Below are positions 1-13,104 of a stretch of DNA of 64,000 nt, one piece after another. Every line of letters starts with the position of its first letter. Position 1 is the first letter of the stretch. The notes beneath the pieces were generated by a model. It searched no databases. It saw nothing but the letters and a program-made list of their open reading frames with translations, and had not been told where the DNA came from. Source of the DNA: Macrostomum lignano (lineage: Eukaryota). The DNA lies in contig NIVC01003304.1 in assembly GCA_002269645.1 (NCBI GenBank), positions 1-64,000 of the forward strand. Reading direction: 5' to 3'. The position numbers and the translations under genes are program-made.

Positions 1-3000
1 TTCATTTACGTTTGGCGGTGTTCTTTTTATGCTGTGGGTCGACGCATTTCTGCTAATGCTTCTAACTTGGTACATCGAAAAGGTTTTTCCAGGAAAGTAT
101 GGCGTTCCGAAACCATTTTACTTTCCTTTTACCAAATCTTATTGGTGCAGCTCTTGCAGCAAGGTTGAGCTGGCGCCTGACCAGGGAGATGTTGAAATGA
201 CAGGTGATCGCAGCACTTTGAGGAAGAGCCTAGAAATCTAAAAGTTGGAGCCGCACTTCGAGCGCTTACGAAGGTATACAAGCCTGGCTTGTGTGCCTGC
301 AAAAATGCTAAGGATTTCATTGCTGTCAACAGTGTTACGTACAATTTCTACGAAGGCCAGGTCACCTCGTTCCTGGGGCACAATGGAGCTGGTAAGAATC
401 ATATTAGCTGCATTTTTCTGTTTAAACCTCATTCAGCCTAATTTTCGAAACCAACCATTTTTCTTTAGGTAAAAGTACAACCGTTTCGATCTTGACTGGT
501 TTGTACACGCCCACGACGGGTACAGCCTACATTTATGGACACGACATTCGCACACAAATGGATCAAATTCGGAAACACCTTGGATTTTGCCCTCAACATA
601 ACGTGCTGTTCAACCATCTGACTGTGGAGGATCATATCTACTTCTATGGTATGCTAAAAGGCCTGGACAAGAGTACGATAGGCTCACAGATTGACAGTTT
701 TGTTGTGGACGTCGGCCTCGATAACAAGCGATTCGAGTTGAGCAGAAACCTGTCCGGCGGCATGAAACGCAAGCTGTCTGTAGCCATGGCCTTTGTGGGA
801 GACTCAAAGCTAATAATTCTGGACGAGCCAACTGCAGGAGTGGACCCCCACGCCAGGCGCTCCATCTGGGATGTGCTTGGCAAGTTCCGATCTGGTCGTA
901 CAATCTTGCTCACTACTCACCATATGGACGAAGCTGACATCCTTGGCGACCGAATCTGCATCATCGATAAAGGTCGACTTGTTTGCTCCGGCTCTCCAAT
1001 GTTCCTAAAGAAGGCATTCGGTCATGGCTACACTTTGACATTGGTAACCAGTTGTGAACAAAGCAAGCTATTGTCATTTGTGCAGCGCTACGTACCCACC
1101 TCACAGCTAGGCGAGTGTACCACTAGCGAGGTAACAGTGAAGCTGCCGTTCAATGCCAGTGAAAGTTTTTCAAACTTGTTTCAACAGCTAGAAAATAGTC
1201 GTGACGAACTCGGGATCGAATCGTTCGGCATTGAAGACTGCTCGCTAGAGGAAATTTTTCTGAACGTTACTGAAGCTGATCGAGAAGAAACCGTGGACAA
1301 GGATGCGTCAGCTGTCGTCAACCTTCGCTCTAGCCGCAGCAGCTTCCGAAAAGAGCGCCAACTGGAGGCGGCCGCTGCCTCAAATCCGCTGGTTGATGAT
1401 GATGACTTTCTGGATACAAAGCAGCAAAACAGCCCGCGTTGCGCCACTCCAAGCGCTGTACCACTGGACATGCCTCGTGGCAGCCGCCGGGCTTCGCTCT
1501 CTCAACCGCCGACTTTACGCTATACTGATCACCCTTTGCGCCATCAAGTGAAGGCGCTCTGGATCAAGCGATTCACCGTTATTCGCCGCTCGAAGATGGG
1601 CTTCGTTGCAGAATTTATTCTGCCGATATTCTTCATTCTTCTTTCGCTCGGTTTGCAACAAATCAGACCTACCGACGGGGATAATCCGCCAATGCAGCTG
1701 GCCCCATGGTACATGTTAGGCACACGGGACAGGAACGCTTTGCGAACGAAGAAGCTTTACTCATTCGTTGAGACTCTGACGCCAAGTGTTGGAAATCTAC
1801 AAGACGCAGCCAAGTTGAAGTCGCATTTCTACAACACAGACTCTCTTGGAACTCGCTGTGTCAGCACCTCAGCTGAGCATGGCAACGACAAATTCTCCTG
1901 TTTGGCGCCAACAAATCCTCCTGCAACTTGGGGCTCAACGCCTACCAATCTGCCTTTGGACACCTCCAACTGTCGCTGCTCCTACGAAAAGTATCCAGAT
2001 AGTGCAAAGTGCGTTGATTGGCCCACCCCAGCTAGCAAGAATCTATTGAGTGCGGATATATTTGAAAATTACACACTGTACAATGTGACTAACTACATTC
2101 AATCTAGTGTATCAAAATACTTCAAGATCCGATTCGGTGGTTTCTCTTTGTTCGTCAACGACACCGATCCAACGCTGAACTATGTCAGCAAATCTGAGGT
2201 CACTGCTATGGGCATTAACGTTGGAAACTCGATCGTGTACAACTTTACTGCTTCGTTTTCCGATGCCCTCAACGCACTAAAGCCAACTACTAACAAATCG
2301 GAGCTCCTAAGAGCGCAGGTCTGGTACGACAATCGCGGATACGTGTCCGGCCCCGCTTATCTGAATATTTTAAGCAATGCTATGCTTCGTTCGCGGCTAC
2401 CGACTGGGGCCTCTGAGAATCTGTATGGAGTGTCCGGTTGGACGCATCCCATTACACTGCGCTCCGAGTATGTTGAAAACACGTTGACAAGCCAGACAAT
2501 CACTTCCGCCATCACAGTGGTCTCCATCATATTCGCCCTTTCATTTATTCCGGCTAGCTTTGTGCTATTCTTAATAACAGAGAGACGAACGAATGCCAAG
2601 CACCTGCAGTTCGTGTCGGGTATCAATCCAGCGCTCTATTGGCTAATAAACCACTTGTGGAACATGGTGAACTATTTAGTCCCGTTAGTTATTCTCATTC
2701 TGATCTTCGTTGCCTTCAAATCGGAGGCGTTTGTCAGCAAGGATACTATCGGCCCCTTCATTGTCATCATGCTTTTGTTCGGCTTTGCCAATGCGCCGGT
2801 TATGTACCCGTTCAGTTGGGTGCTCAGTGTACCTAGCAAAGCGTTCACAATGCTGTCATGCTTTAACCTTGGCGTCGGCTTCGTCACCACCATGTCAGTA
2901 GCAATCGTAGAAATGATCGCTCTGGAGAACAAGGACGACCAGATGCAGAATACTGCAAACGCATTGAAGTATGTGTTCCTCGTGTTTCCTCACTTTTGTC

Positions 3001-4808
3001 TTGGACAGGGACTAATGGAGCTTAACTACTACTATCAATTTTCCGTAAAGCTCAAGGAGCTCGCTGACTCGTTGGGAGTTAGCGTCCAGACTCTAGCGTC
3101 ATCTTACGGCGACGTTACGATTAGTGACAATGCATGGGAGCAAACCATACGCTACATTATTTGCCTGGCTGTGCAAAGCATCGTATACTTTGTACTGGTA
3201 CTGCTAATTGAGTACAACTTCTTTTGCGGCCAAGGCTGCTGCACCGGGCGCATTTACCGATCCTGCCATCAAGATAAGTACAGCAAACTGCTGGAGCGCC
3301 GGGAAGTCGAGGAAGACGATGTTAAAGCAGAGCGTGATCGCGTGCTGGGCAACGCTGGCGGAGATTCCGGCGGCGCCACAGGTAGCAACTGTCTGGTGAT
3401 TCGGGATCTGGTGAAGATTTTCCATACCAGGACTGGTCCTCGGGCCGCAGTGAATGGCGTCGCTCTGGGTGTCTCGCAGCGTGAGTGCTTCGGCTTCCTG
3501 GGCGTAAATGGTGCAGGCAAGACCACCACCTTTAAAATGCTGACCGGTGACATTGATCCGACGAGTGGCGACGCAACCCTAAATGGGCATTCCATTCTCA
3601 CGGATGTACTCGAAGCGCACAAGCAGATGGGCTATTGTCCACAGTTTGATGCCCTCCTGCCGCTGCTCTCTGGCAGAGAGACACTGCAGCTGTTTGCTAG
3701 GATTCGCGGCATCGCGGAGGATCAGATTCCTGAGCTAATTACCTACATTTCAAGAATGTGAGTACTGGCCAATCAAATTGATTTTTGCTAATTTATCTTT
3801 TTCTGACAAAAGCGGTTCCACATTTTTATAGGGTTGGCATTGTGCCTCACCTGGACAAGCTGACTGAAGAGTACAGCGGCGGCAACAAGCGGAAGCTCTC
3901 CTGCGGCATTGCCTTTATTGGCGGACCGCCCATTGTGTTCCTGGACGAGCCGACTGCTGGAATGGACCCCGGGGCGCGGCGCTTCTTGTGGCGCTGCATC
4001 CAAAGAATGGTGGCCGCTGGCTCCTGTGTGATCCTCACTAGTCACAGCATGGAGGACTGTCAGGCCCTATGCCACAGGCTCACTATTATGGTAACTGTGA
4101 TTTTTAATAAATAGCACTTTACCTTGGGCAGTATAGAAAGAGTGAGCGAACGAGTAGAGAATCATGGTTCGTTTCCGCAGACATTTGTCACATTAATCAG
4201 ACATTTGCATCCAACCTTCAAGGTGAATGGCCAACTGAAGTGCCTGGGAAGTCCGCAGCACCTGAAGACAAAATATGGCCAAGGTTTCACGGTTTTCCTG
4301 CGTCTTCCACGCGCCGAGGCTCCATTGTCTGAAACAGCCGTCTCTGACAATGGCCATCAGAACCCAAAGATGATGGACAGAAGCCCTGCCGCGAGTAGCA
4401 GCGACCGCCTGCTAACAGGAGACGTACTGAGTCTTCACGAACGCTTCATGAGCGAGCTGCCGGAGGCGCAGTTGAAGGAAGAGCACGGCACGCTGCTGCA
4501 GTACCAGATCAGCCAGGATGTCACTCTGAGCCGCATCTTCAACGTTGTCAACAGCCTCAAATCGGAGGGAACCGTGCAGGACTATAGTGTTAATCAGACA
4601 ACGCTTGACCAGGTGCGTTTTGCTTTGTTTTTTGAGTAAGTTCTCTGTAGACAAAAGCTTCACTGGTGATCTTTTCACCACTTTCCCCTGTACTTATCTT
4701 CAGGTGTTTATCAACTTTGCCAAGAAGCAGACAGAAATGACAAAGGAGGAGAAGCAGGGCAGCAAAGTAATGCGAAGTTTGAAGCGTAAGTTCCTTAGTT
4801 GTCCATGA
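1..4808 (+). CDS. ABC transporter subfamily A (ABCA1/2/4-like), 5'-truncated by the window edge, multi-exon
   Basis: NBD1 Walker A GHNGAGKS, signature [11 protein letters not shown]; second TMD with WYDNRGY and FIPASFV; NBD2 [19 protein letters not shown]; C-terminal TTLDQVFINFA. Exons: <1-~391 (frame change near 205-213), 469-3757, 3832-4090, 4223-4612, 4704-4808 (TGA). GT-AG introns 392-468, 3758-3831, 4091-4222 and 4613-4703 all keep the frame. Exact orthologue not assignable by eye. Confidence 0.95.
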
Positions 4809-4809
4809 T

Positions 4810-4945
4810 GTATCCAAGGACTACTCAAATAGAAGGACGGGAAACCTCGTTTCTTGGAAAATTTTAGAAGGCAGGTTTTCCCGAAAAAATACACTACAAA
4901 GATAGGAGGTTTTCATTTTTTCAGCACAAAAATTGTTATTGCTTT
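4810..4945 (-). repeat. Dispersed repeat fragment, reverse complement of 21268-21405
   Basis: GGACTACTCAAA...CAGCACAAAAATTGTTATTGC aligns by eye in reverse orientation to GCAATAACAATTTTTGTGCTGAAAAA...TTTGAGTACT at 21268-21405. Confidence 0.7.
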
Positions 4946-7886
4946 CGATAGGAAGCAGACCTAATGTTCATCTTTTGATATGTTGTGCCTTTCTTATTGC
5001 TCTATTGATAGTCATAAATTTTCTACACAGTCAGCTAAGAATGATAAAATAGATTCATAAAATCAATGAGCCGAGCCGTGCCATTTTAGTGATTTTAAGG
5101 CACAGGACATGTGCAATTGTACGTAGAATAAGAAATTAGCATAGCATCCTAATCCTTGGATCTAACAGCTAAAGCTTAGCAAGTCTAATTGTGTATAAAT
5201 CGTAAAATTTCAGGCGAGATTCGCAAGAAATCCGCCAGCGTTGGCAGCGTCCGTCAGCCGGCGCCCGAGAGCCGAACCGGTAAGCCAAAATCAACTTGGA
5301 TTTTCAAGCCCACTCTGAAAGCTACTTCAAAGCCAACTATCCGCATGAGAAGCGCATCATTCACATTAGCTCGAATTGGTTAGCAAATATGACTGAGTAT
5401 CAATTAGTATCTTCTCTCCATCACAGTTGAATCAGCTGGCACCTACCGTCTGCGTCAAGAATAATGAAAAGTTGAATTGTAAGCTACAAAAAAGTTGGTC
5501 CCAACATACTACAGACCTACTTTAACCTGTGCTCTATGTACATGCATCTGTCAATTGTTGTTTCTGTTGAAGCTTGCGCACACTTTCCATCATCAGATTA
5601 TTTCTGTCACGCAACTATGCTTGCTGGCTACATTTCTGCATGGAAAGTTAAAATGCGTGATGCTTGGGGGGTGTTTTAATCTTTTCTCACTATCGAACTT
5701 ATTCATGTTTATGAAAAAGGTAAAGCAGGAAAGATAAGAGGATAACAATAACTAAGGTTATAGCTTGCAGGAGGGTCACGCAGTCAGGAAAAAAATATGT
5801 TTTTTAAACTGTTTTCAAAGCATGCTTCATCTCTAAGGTTTCAAATTTTTAAAACCGTTGCCTTTGAGTGTGCTTTACTTTCCTTTCTAAAATGCTGACT
5901 TGTCGGAATAGTTGTGTCGCCAATTTATTCGAGAAATCTTATTTTGCATTGTTTCAGAGTTCGCCAGTCTGGGAAAACTCCAATGACTGCCCGATCGACA
6001 TCCGTGATTACGCAGACTGGTTAACTTAATTAATGTATTTTCCTTTCTATTGTCTTTTTGCATATTTATAGATTTTTATAAACTGGTCATTTTACCTGTG
6101 AGTCATTCATACCTTAATAATCAGTTGTTACTTTAAAATATTCTCAGCCCACCTTGTAATCGATAATAGGGAAAACAGTTTTAAAATACCTTTCAAGTGA
6201 CATTGACTTTGACACTGGTATATTGTTCTCACGCATGCAGACATGTGAAGTTAGATATAAAAACCGATTTCTGTTCACCAGTATCTATCAGCTGTCTTAT
6301 AATAAGTCTATTTTTTTAACCTTCGAATGTTTATAGATGCGCTTTTTAATTTTTTTAAATAGTATTTTTGTTGTAACGATTGTGTTATTTTTATTCACTT
6401 CTAAATTCTCTGAGCCATGTATTCGCTCACACGCACGCGCTTATAGCAACATCTGTCTCAGCCCCCGTTTCGCTGCCGATTTGAATTTGAAACATTTGAA
6501 TCATTCATTCCAAACACGTACATTTGATGGATAGATGAAGTCTTGAAAATAGCGCGAATTCGGGGTTAAAGCCTAATGTTGTCTACTTACAGTAATGCAT
6601 AAAGCGCCACGAATATTATTTTTTTGCCTATATTTATAAGGAAAACTGTTTTGCATTGAAATATTAAACAGTAAATTTAGAAGTTATACGTTTCATCGAT
6701 AACGCACTGATCCTAAAATGTGATCAGCATTCAGTAATAATGCTTAAAATGTTGTTTATTGTGATGGGTTTCGGCCTTTCAGCCCCCTTGTGGGGAAGCC
6801 TTCGGGCCTCAGGTCTCAGAAATAAATCAATTAGAGCCCTGCCCCCCCCACTCCTGTCAGATGGTCAGCCCCATGGTAGCTTGATCGTGTGGCGAGCAGT
6901 CTAGGTCCTATAGCTAAGAGAGGGACAGCGAGAGACAAGCAGGGAGAATTTTGAAGGTAGAAATTAGTTAACCCGCGGGTTAGCTAACTCGCTGCCACCA
7001 GCCCGTACGTCCTGGCTCACCAAACCGGAACTTTCGAAATCGGGCTTCCGACTAGAAGGGGCTTTGCACTTACCTGCCAACTAGTGTCTTTTGCTGTCTA
7101 TCTCGAAGTCATAGCCGATGATAAGGGACACTGCTGGGACTAGATCGCATTGGCCATGCAGGTACAGAGGGGACTTGTGCAGGGGATTCTTGCAGTGGCG
7201 AGACTATGGAGTAGCTACATGTACTATTACATTGCTAAATACGAAGAATTGTACTTTTGGCCTTCAACGCGCCAACCAGCCTCTCCTAGCGCTGATGATA
7301 GGCCAACTCGAACCTCAGAGACCGCATGATTCATTACCCGAGCCGCTTGGCTAACCTAGAGTGCAAAAAGTACATCTCTGGCGCCGATTCTGCACTACTG
7401 GCAGTTTCGCTAACTGATTTGATAGATTGATCGACTGAGAACTGCCTTGCCATTGGTCTACTATGACCGGCGCCTACTAGCTTAGCCACTCATCTGAGCC
7501 ATCGGCGAACAAAGAAGTAAAACCGATAAAAATAACTGTCAGATTTAACCTTCTCCTTGAATCACTTCACACCTCAGATTAAATTGGAGCTTCAGACTAC
7601 TAGCAGTATTATTGAATGATTTCTGTCTCAGTAACAGCACTACTGAACAAAATGAGCAAAAGTGTGCGCCTAATCCAGCTACTGAAACAGGGGACAGACA
7701 GGGAATCACCCAATCAAGCAAGTCTAGGTAGCCTCTCACCTAACCAATCAGAAACTCAACAGCCGGAGACCAGGTAATCCACAGTGACCGAATCGGCTTA
7801 GTGATTCGCAGCTGTAGACCCGGGATGATGCTGATGTCACAACCTTCGCAGATAGCTAGCAGGTGATGCTCTTAACTTTGATGTTC

Positions 7887-10800
7887 CAGGGAAGCCTCTT
7901 TGTTCGCTTCGCTCACCAGGAAGCGACACTGAAATCGTGCCTATACAAGTTGAGTCTCGTTTTTCTTCCCCAGACTACACGAGAACCCACTTATTTCAGT
8001 GCGCTCAGTATGAAAAAGTGTATAAATTGATGCGTGTTTGTTTGGAAAATAAAAGGCTGCAATTAAAAATTATACAACAAATGAATGAAACTGAAAAAAA
8101 TAAAAATCGTCATTAAATATTATACACAAAAAGGAAAAATCTTCGCTTAAACTCTGAGCTTCCCTCGTTAAAACGCATATTAAACAGCTAACTCGAACTC
8201 TTGCTGGAAAGCTTGGACGCCTTACGATTCATCGCCTTCTGGTTCTTCGCCTTCTCATCGTTTGTCTCATTGACAAAATTCTTTAGATAAATCCGGACTG
8301 CAGGAATTAAGATCCGCGAAGAAAGAGTAGCAGCTGCCTTTCCACAACTGCAAGTCTGGCTTGAAAGAGTCGTAAAATCAGTGGATTCACTCACGTAGTC
8401 CTGGCAGAGCTCAACAATATTTTGAACTAAATTACCAGAGGTGAGAAGATCAGCAGTTAACAGACTATAATCTCGCAGATGTTCAAACATGAAGTAGGAT
8501 GCCTTCAAAAGAAAAAATACGAATTTGCTGGGGCACTTCAGACCGCCTCGGTCACGCATTTGAATCAGGGCAAAGTCGTCAGCACAATCCTCTTCGGCAA
8601 TAAACTCCAAGTAATCGTTAGTAAGTAGAAGATTCTTGCAGTCAGTGCACTTCAGCTGGCCGCATAGAGCTTTAGACACGTAGCCACCAAGATAGGAACA
8701 AATGTTTCGGTCACTAGATGTAAGAGCGGCGTCAAGATGCTGGAGAACTGAAAGCTTCACGGATAAGTGTGGATTAAAAAACTCGGATGAACTCGCCTGG
8801 TCAAGAATTTTTAAATCTTTCAGTCCAAGGCCATAAAACTGAAGCAGGCTGGAAACGCGAATTTTCTTCTCGGCTTGAAGGATCTGCCGGACAGAAACAA
8901 AATAGTTGCCTCCATGAAACTGGCGGTAGCGACCAAAGCGCCGCTCGATCCAGTCACTGACTATCCTACCTGTCAAAACAGAGGGAAATAAAAACCTAGA
9001 GAAAAGGTGCTCGGAAAGATCAGCAAGAGTGAGACAGCAGGACTTAACAGCAAGGAAAGTGGGAGCAGTCAAGCCGGGCAACTTCGAATCCTTCCAACGT
9101 TGGAAGAAAGCGGCAAACTGGCGCAGCTTGTCGAGGCGGTGATCGTTCGGCACCAGCGGAGCGGCGTCGAGAAGCCGCTTTTCCTTCGCTTTCCTAGTGG
9201 TCTTGACATTCCAGATCGTCCACATGTTAAGAATGAGCGCTAGGAAAGCTACCAAGCCAGAGGAAAAATTGTATAACTTTTCTGCTTCTACAGTAGACTC
9301 GCTGAAGATGCTGGCTGCGTGCTGAACATTAGTCTTCTCCAGGTTTGTTGGATTCAAGGACCTTGTATTCAGTTGAAAGGCGATCCGAGCTGGTTGCCCG
9401 AGTTCTTGCTCTTGAAGTTTGTGCAAATCGCGAAAATCTGCTGTTTGGATTTTCTGGGGATCGGTAAAGTCCGGAAACTGAAACACCTGGCGCGAAATCC
9501 AATTGTTCAAGATGTTCTTAAAGTTGTGTACAGGGTCGAAGAGAAGGAACAGCGGCTCGCCAGACACCGGATTTGGAATTGATGATAGCAGCTTGCCTTT
9601 GCATAGAAGACCCTGAAAGAGGCTCCTATTCACTGCATTGTTGTCAACAATGCACACCACTGGCTTCAGGTGAACCCTATCAAGCAGAGCAAGGCAGTCA
9701 GTGAGGTGATTTTGCAAGTCCAGAGCACTAAGCTTACTTTTTGGAATAAGAGAAATTACTTCCTGGAAGTCTCCATGCAGCGACTTGATCAAAAAAGCGC
9801 ACACAGTTTGGCGAGCTCATCGGTTTCTGCGTCAGTGCCAAATACCTTGCCTCCACTGAATTCCATTCGCTTCGACGAATAAATTCGTCGATTGCAAGAA
9901 GCACTACCCTCTCAGACTCAGGCAGGCTGTCAACTTTTAGCTTGAGATAATCTTCGGTAGCCTTGATGTCAGGGTCATTGCTCAATCCGGAAGAAAGCCT
10001 CTGCAGATGCCTAACACTTGGGAGGTTGACTGTGTTGGATTTCCGAATGAAATTGTACGTTGATTGGCTGTGGTGCTGCAACAGGTATGAAAAAGCAAGT
10101 AGCTCGCTGGAGTATGTTAGCTTCCCCTTCTTCAAACTCGAAAAGCTTAGCTGCTCGACAAGAAAATTCAGTTTAGCAAAAGCAGCCTCCTCAATGCATG
10201 TATCCAGCTCTTGATCACTCTTGACTTCAATCTTAGCTGACAAGTCGGTGATAGCTTTCGTGACTGCCTCCTGAGCTAGTAAGAGGTGCTCCTCATAACC
10301 ATGCCGGCAATCTTCCAAACGGACATTTTTTAGCCTAGCTAGGATGTTTTCAAGTTGGGCAAAGGTTTTAAGACTGCCGTCAGCTGCCAGATCTCCAGCA
10401 AAAGAGGCTTGCTTATCACCACCAACTGTGACCTCAAACAGCAGCTCTTGGCCAACATTCAGCGATGTGGCGATCTCCAAGTTGCCGGCACCGGACATTC
10501 TAGTTGTAAAAAAGGTTACACTCGATTCAGAGATCACCTTGAAAAAGCACCTTAGATGATCTGGTCGATCGTATGACACAATAGCGTGGAAGTCAGAAAT
10601 CACATCCTTTTGTAGAAGCTCCTCTGCTTCTACCTCGCAACGCTGGATGTCGTTCTCTCGACGGCTCTCAGCCGATGTACAAACCGTTTGCCTCTCTTCC
10701 AGGACGGCCTTGCTCAAGTAGGATGCAACATTCGGGAAGATGCACGGCACAGCATCATCTGTCAGACGCCGGTTTTTCAGCTTAGCAGTAGCAGTCGATG

Positions 10801-11368
10801 GATCGTCAGATGCCGGCCTTTTGCGATTTGGGTTGGAATCCATAGAGACAGTCACAAAGAACTTAGCTGGAAAATGCAGAGAGCAAACCCGAGAGTTGTG
10901 ACTTGGGTCAGACCGCAGCTTACACAGCTCGGCCTCAGTCCATTGTCGAGGAATTGTAGCGATCCACTTGTTCAGCAGATCCAGATTCTCGAAAGAAGGA
11001 AACTTGTGGATGGAAACAGTCGGGTCCTTCTTATACCGAGGCAAATTAGTAACACAAGCTGGAACACAGCACTTGTATCCCATGATGTATTATGCAAATG
11101 TTCGATTAAAAAATTAGACTTTAGAAAATCAGAGAATTGCTCAGAGTGAGTTGATATCAGTTGTTTTTTGCTGCCTAAATGATATCCTGCAGGAGAAGAT
11201 ATAGGCATAACATAGAAAAGATATGAGTAATTCAGTGTACAGTAAACGAAGGACAAAAATTCTTTGCTACCTAAGTTCCCAAAACGAGACTAAACTTGTA
11301 GAGGAGGTGGGGAGGGGCCAAGTGAGTGTCGCTTCCTGGTGAGCGAAGCGAACAAAGAGGCTTCCTTG
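7887..11368 (-). mobile_element. P-element superfamily (THAP9-like) DNA transposon, full length
   Basis: 44-bp TIRs at 7887-7930 and 11325-11368 with 1 mismatch, CA...TG termini; perfect 7-bp TSD GATGTTC at 7880-7886 and 11369-11375; internal transposase. Confidence 0.95.
8188..11083 (-). CDS. P/THAP transposase interrupted by two 1-bp frameshifts
   Basis: N-terminal THAP C2CH finger (CCVPAC..HKFP..W..VCSLHF..AVP). RNase H-like core with IDE, VDNN, FDPVHNFKN and WIERRFG acidic motifs. The frame moves -1 near 9880 (IDE|YSSKRMEFSGGKVFG) and -1 again near 9806 (ELAK|VCAFLIKSL). Confidence 0.9.
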
Positions 11369-11529
11369 GATGTTCACTGCTGATGACCGGGGGAATTCGT
11401 CCTTGATGATGATGGGGGGAGTCGCAATCCGGGGATTAAGAAACGACAGTCGGGCCAGGGAGAGAGCAAGTTCCTGGCCGGTCTCCAGAAAGGGTTGCCA
11501 AGTTAGTCCGAGCGGGCCAAAAACACCCG

Positions 11530-11659
11530 TTTAAATAGCCGCCAACTGGACCGCAGTTTGTTATAATGGAACACGTCGATTCTGATTGGCTGAGCCGATT
11601 TGTTAAAATGAGCGTCGAATTTTCTGATTGTTGCTTGTTGCCACCCAAAGTCACGTGAC
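11530..11659 (-). promoter_or_regulatory. Possible Pol II core promoter (E-box palindrome, CCAAT, TATA-like)
   Basis: On the minus strand, in order: GTCACGTGAC (11650-11659), CCAATC (11584-11589), CTATTTAAA (11530-11538). Motif-only evidence. Confidence 0.3.
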
Positions 11660-12363
11660 CGGGAGATCCTATCAGTTCCCTCGGGGTCGTAAAAATATGA
11701 TAGGTGCGGCCATAAATCAATCAAAATCGCAAAAAATATGTTTTTTATTTTATGAATTTTCGCGCAGAATTGACAAAAATCAATGAGAAAATATACATTA
11801 GAAAGCTCTTATTAAGTGGAAAGCGGAGGTATTGAAGAGAACTCGCTAATTGCTAATCCCAACGTACTTTTAGGGGTAAAACGCATAGCTGTCAAAGCTG
11901 TCACATGCTTGATTGAACACGAACAATAGGCCCTGACCTCATAAATCTTGATGGCCTGTCAAAATGATGAGAAAAAAGCTATCATTCGCTTCCTCTCAGA
12001 CCATCTGGCGCCAGCCCCAGCACTGAGTGAGGCGCAGGTGGCGGTCAGACCAGCTCAGACGAAATGATTTATGACCCAAAAGCAGCAAAAAACCGCGCCT
12101 ATGTTATTATAACTACAAGTATGGCAGATTAATATAGCTACAGAAGTCCTACTAGTATTAATTCTAGAAAAATTACAAAAGAGGGAGAAAAACGCCCATA
12201 GCCTGCTGTTAGTAGGCTAGCAAGTTTGGAACCCATGTGCGAGCGTGAAATTTGGAAAAAGTGCGTCCTCATCAATTGGCTTATTACTTGTATGAGTAGA
12301 TAGTTTTAGTTGTATTTATTTGTAAAATAGGTACTTTACCTGCCCATTGACTGAATCGGAGGG

Positions 12364-13104
12364 GCAATCTAGTCAAATTCGGCGGCAATCTAATCAAATT
12401 CGGCGCCAATCTAGTCAAACTAGGCGATAATCTAGTCAAAATTCGGTAACAATCTAGTCAAATTCGGCGATAATCTAGTCAAATTCGGCGAAAATCTAGT
12501 CAAATTCGGCGATAATCTAGTCAAACTCGGCGACAATCTAGTCGATTTCGGCGACAATCTAGTCAAACTCGGCGACAATCTAGTCAAAACTCGGCGACAA
12601 TCTAGTCAAACTCGGCGGCAATCTAGTCAAATTAGGCGACAATCTAGTCGAATTCGGCGACAATCTGGTCATATTAGTCGACAATCTAGTCAAATTCGGC
12701 GGCAATATAGTCAAATTAGGCGACAATCTAGTCAAATTCGGCGACAATCTAGTCAAATTCGGCGACAATCTAGTCGAATTCGGCGGCAATACGGTCAAAT
12801 TCGGCGGCAATATAGTCGAATTCGGCGGCAATATGGTCAAATTCGGCGGCAATATAGTCAAATTAGGCGACAATCTAGTCAAATTAGGCGACAATCTAGT
12901 CAAATTCGGCGGCAATATGGTCAAATTCGGCGGCAATATAGTCAAATTAGGCGACAATCTAGTCAAATTAAGCGACAATCTAGTCAAATTAGGCGACAAT
13001 CTAGTCAAATTAGGCGACAATCTAGTCAAATTCGGCGACAATCTAGTCAAAATTAGGCGACAATCTAGTCAAAATTAGGCGACAATCTAGTCAAATTCGC
13101 CGAC
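12364..13104. repeat. 21-bp tandem minisatellite
   Basis: Unit AATCTAGTCAAATTCGGCGAC, about 35 copies; explains ORFs 12580-13050 and 12833-13078. Confidence 0.95.

Noticed and set aside
610-4681. Short antisense or alternate-frame ORFs over ABCA, the transposases, the Q-rich gene and the vWA gene
   Set aside because: Shadow ORFs of GC-rich coding sequence with no independent motifs.
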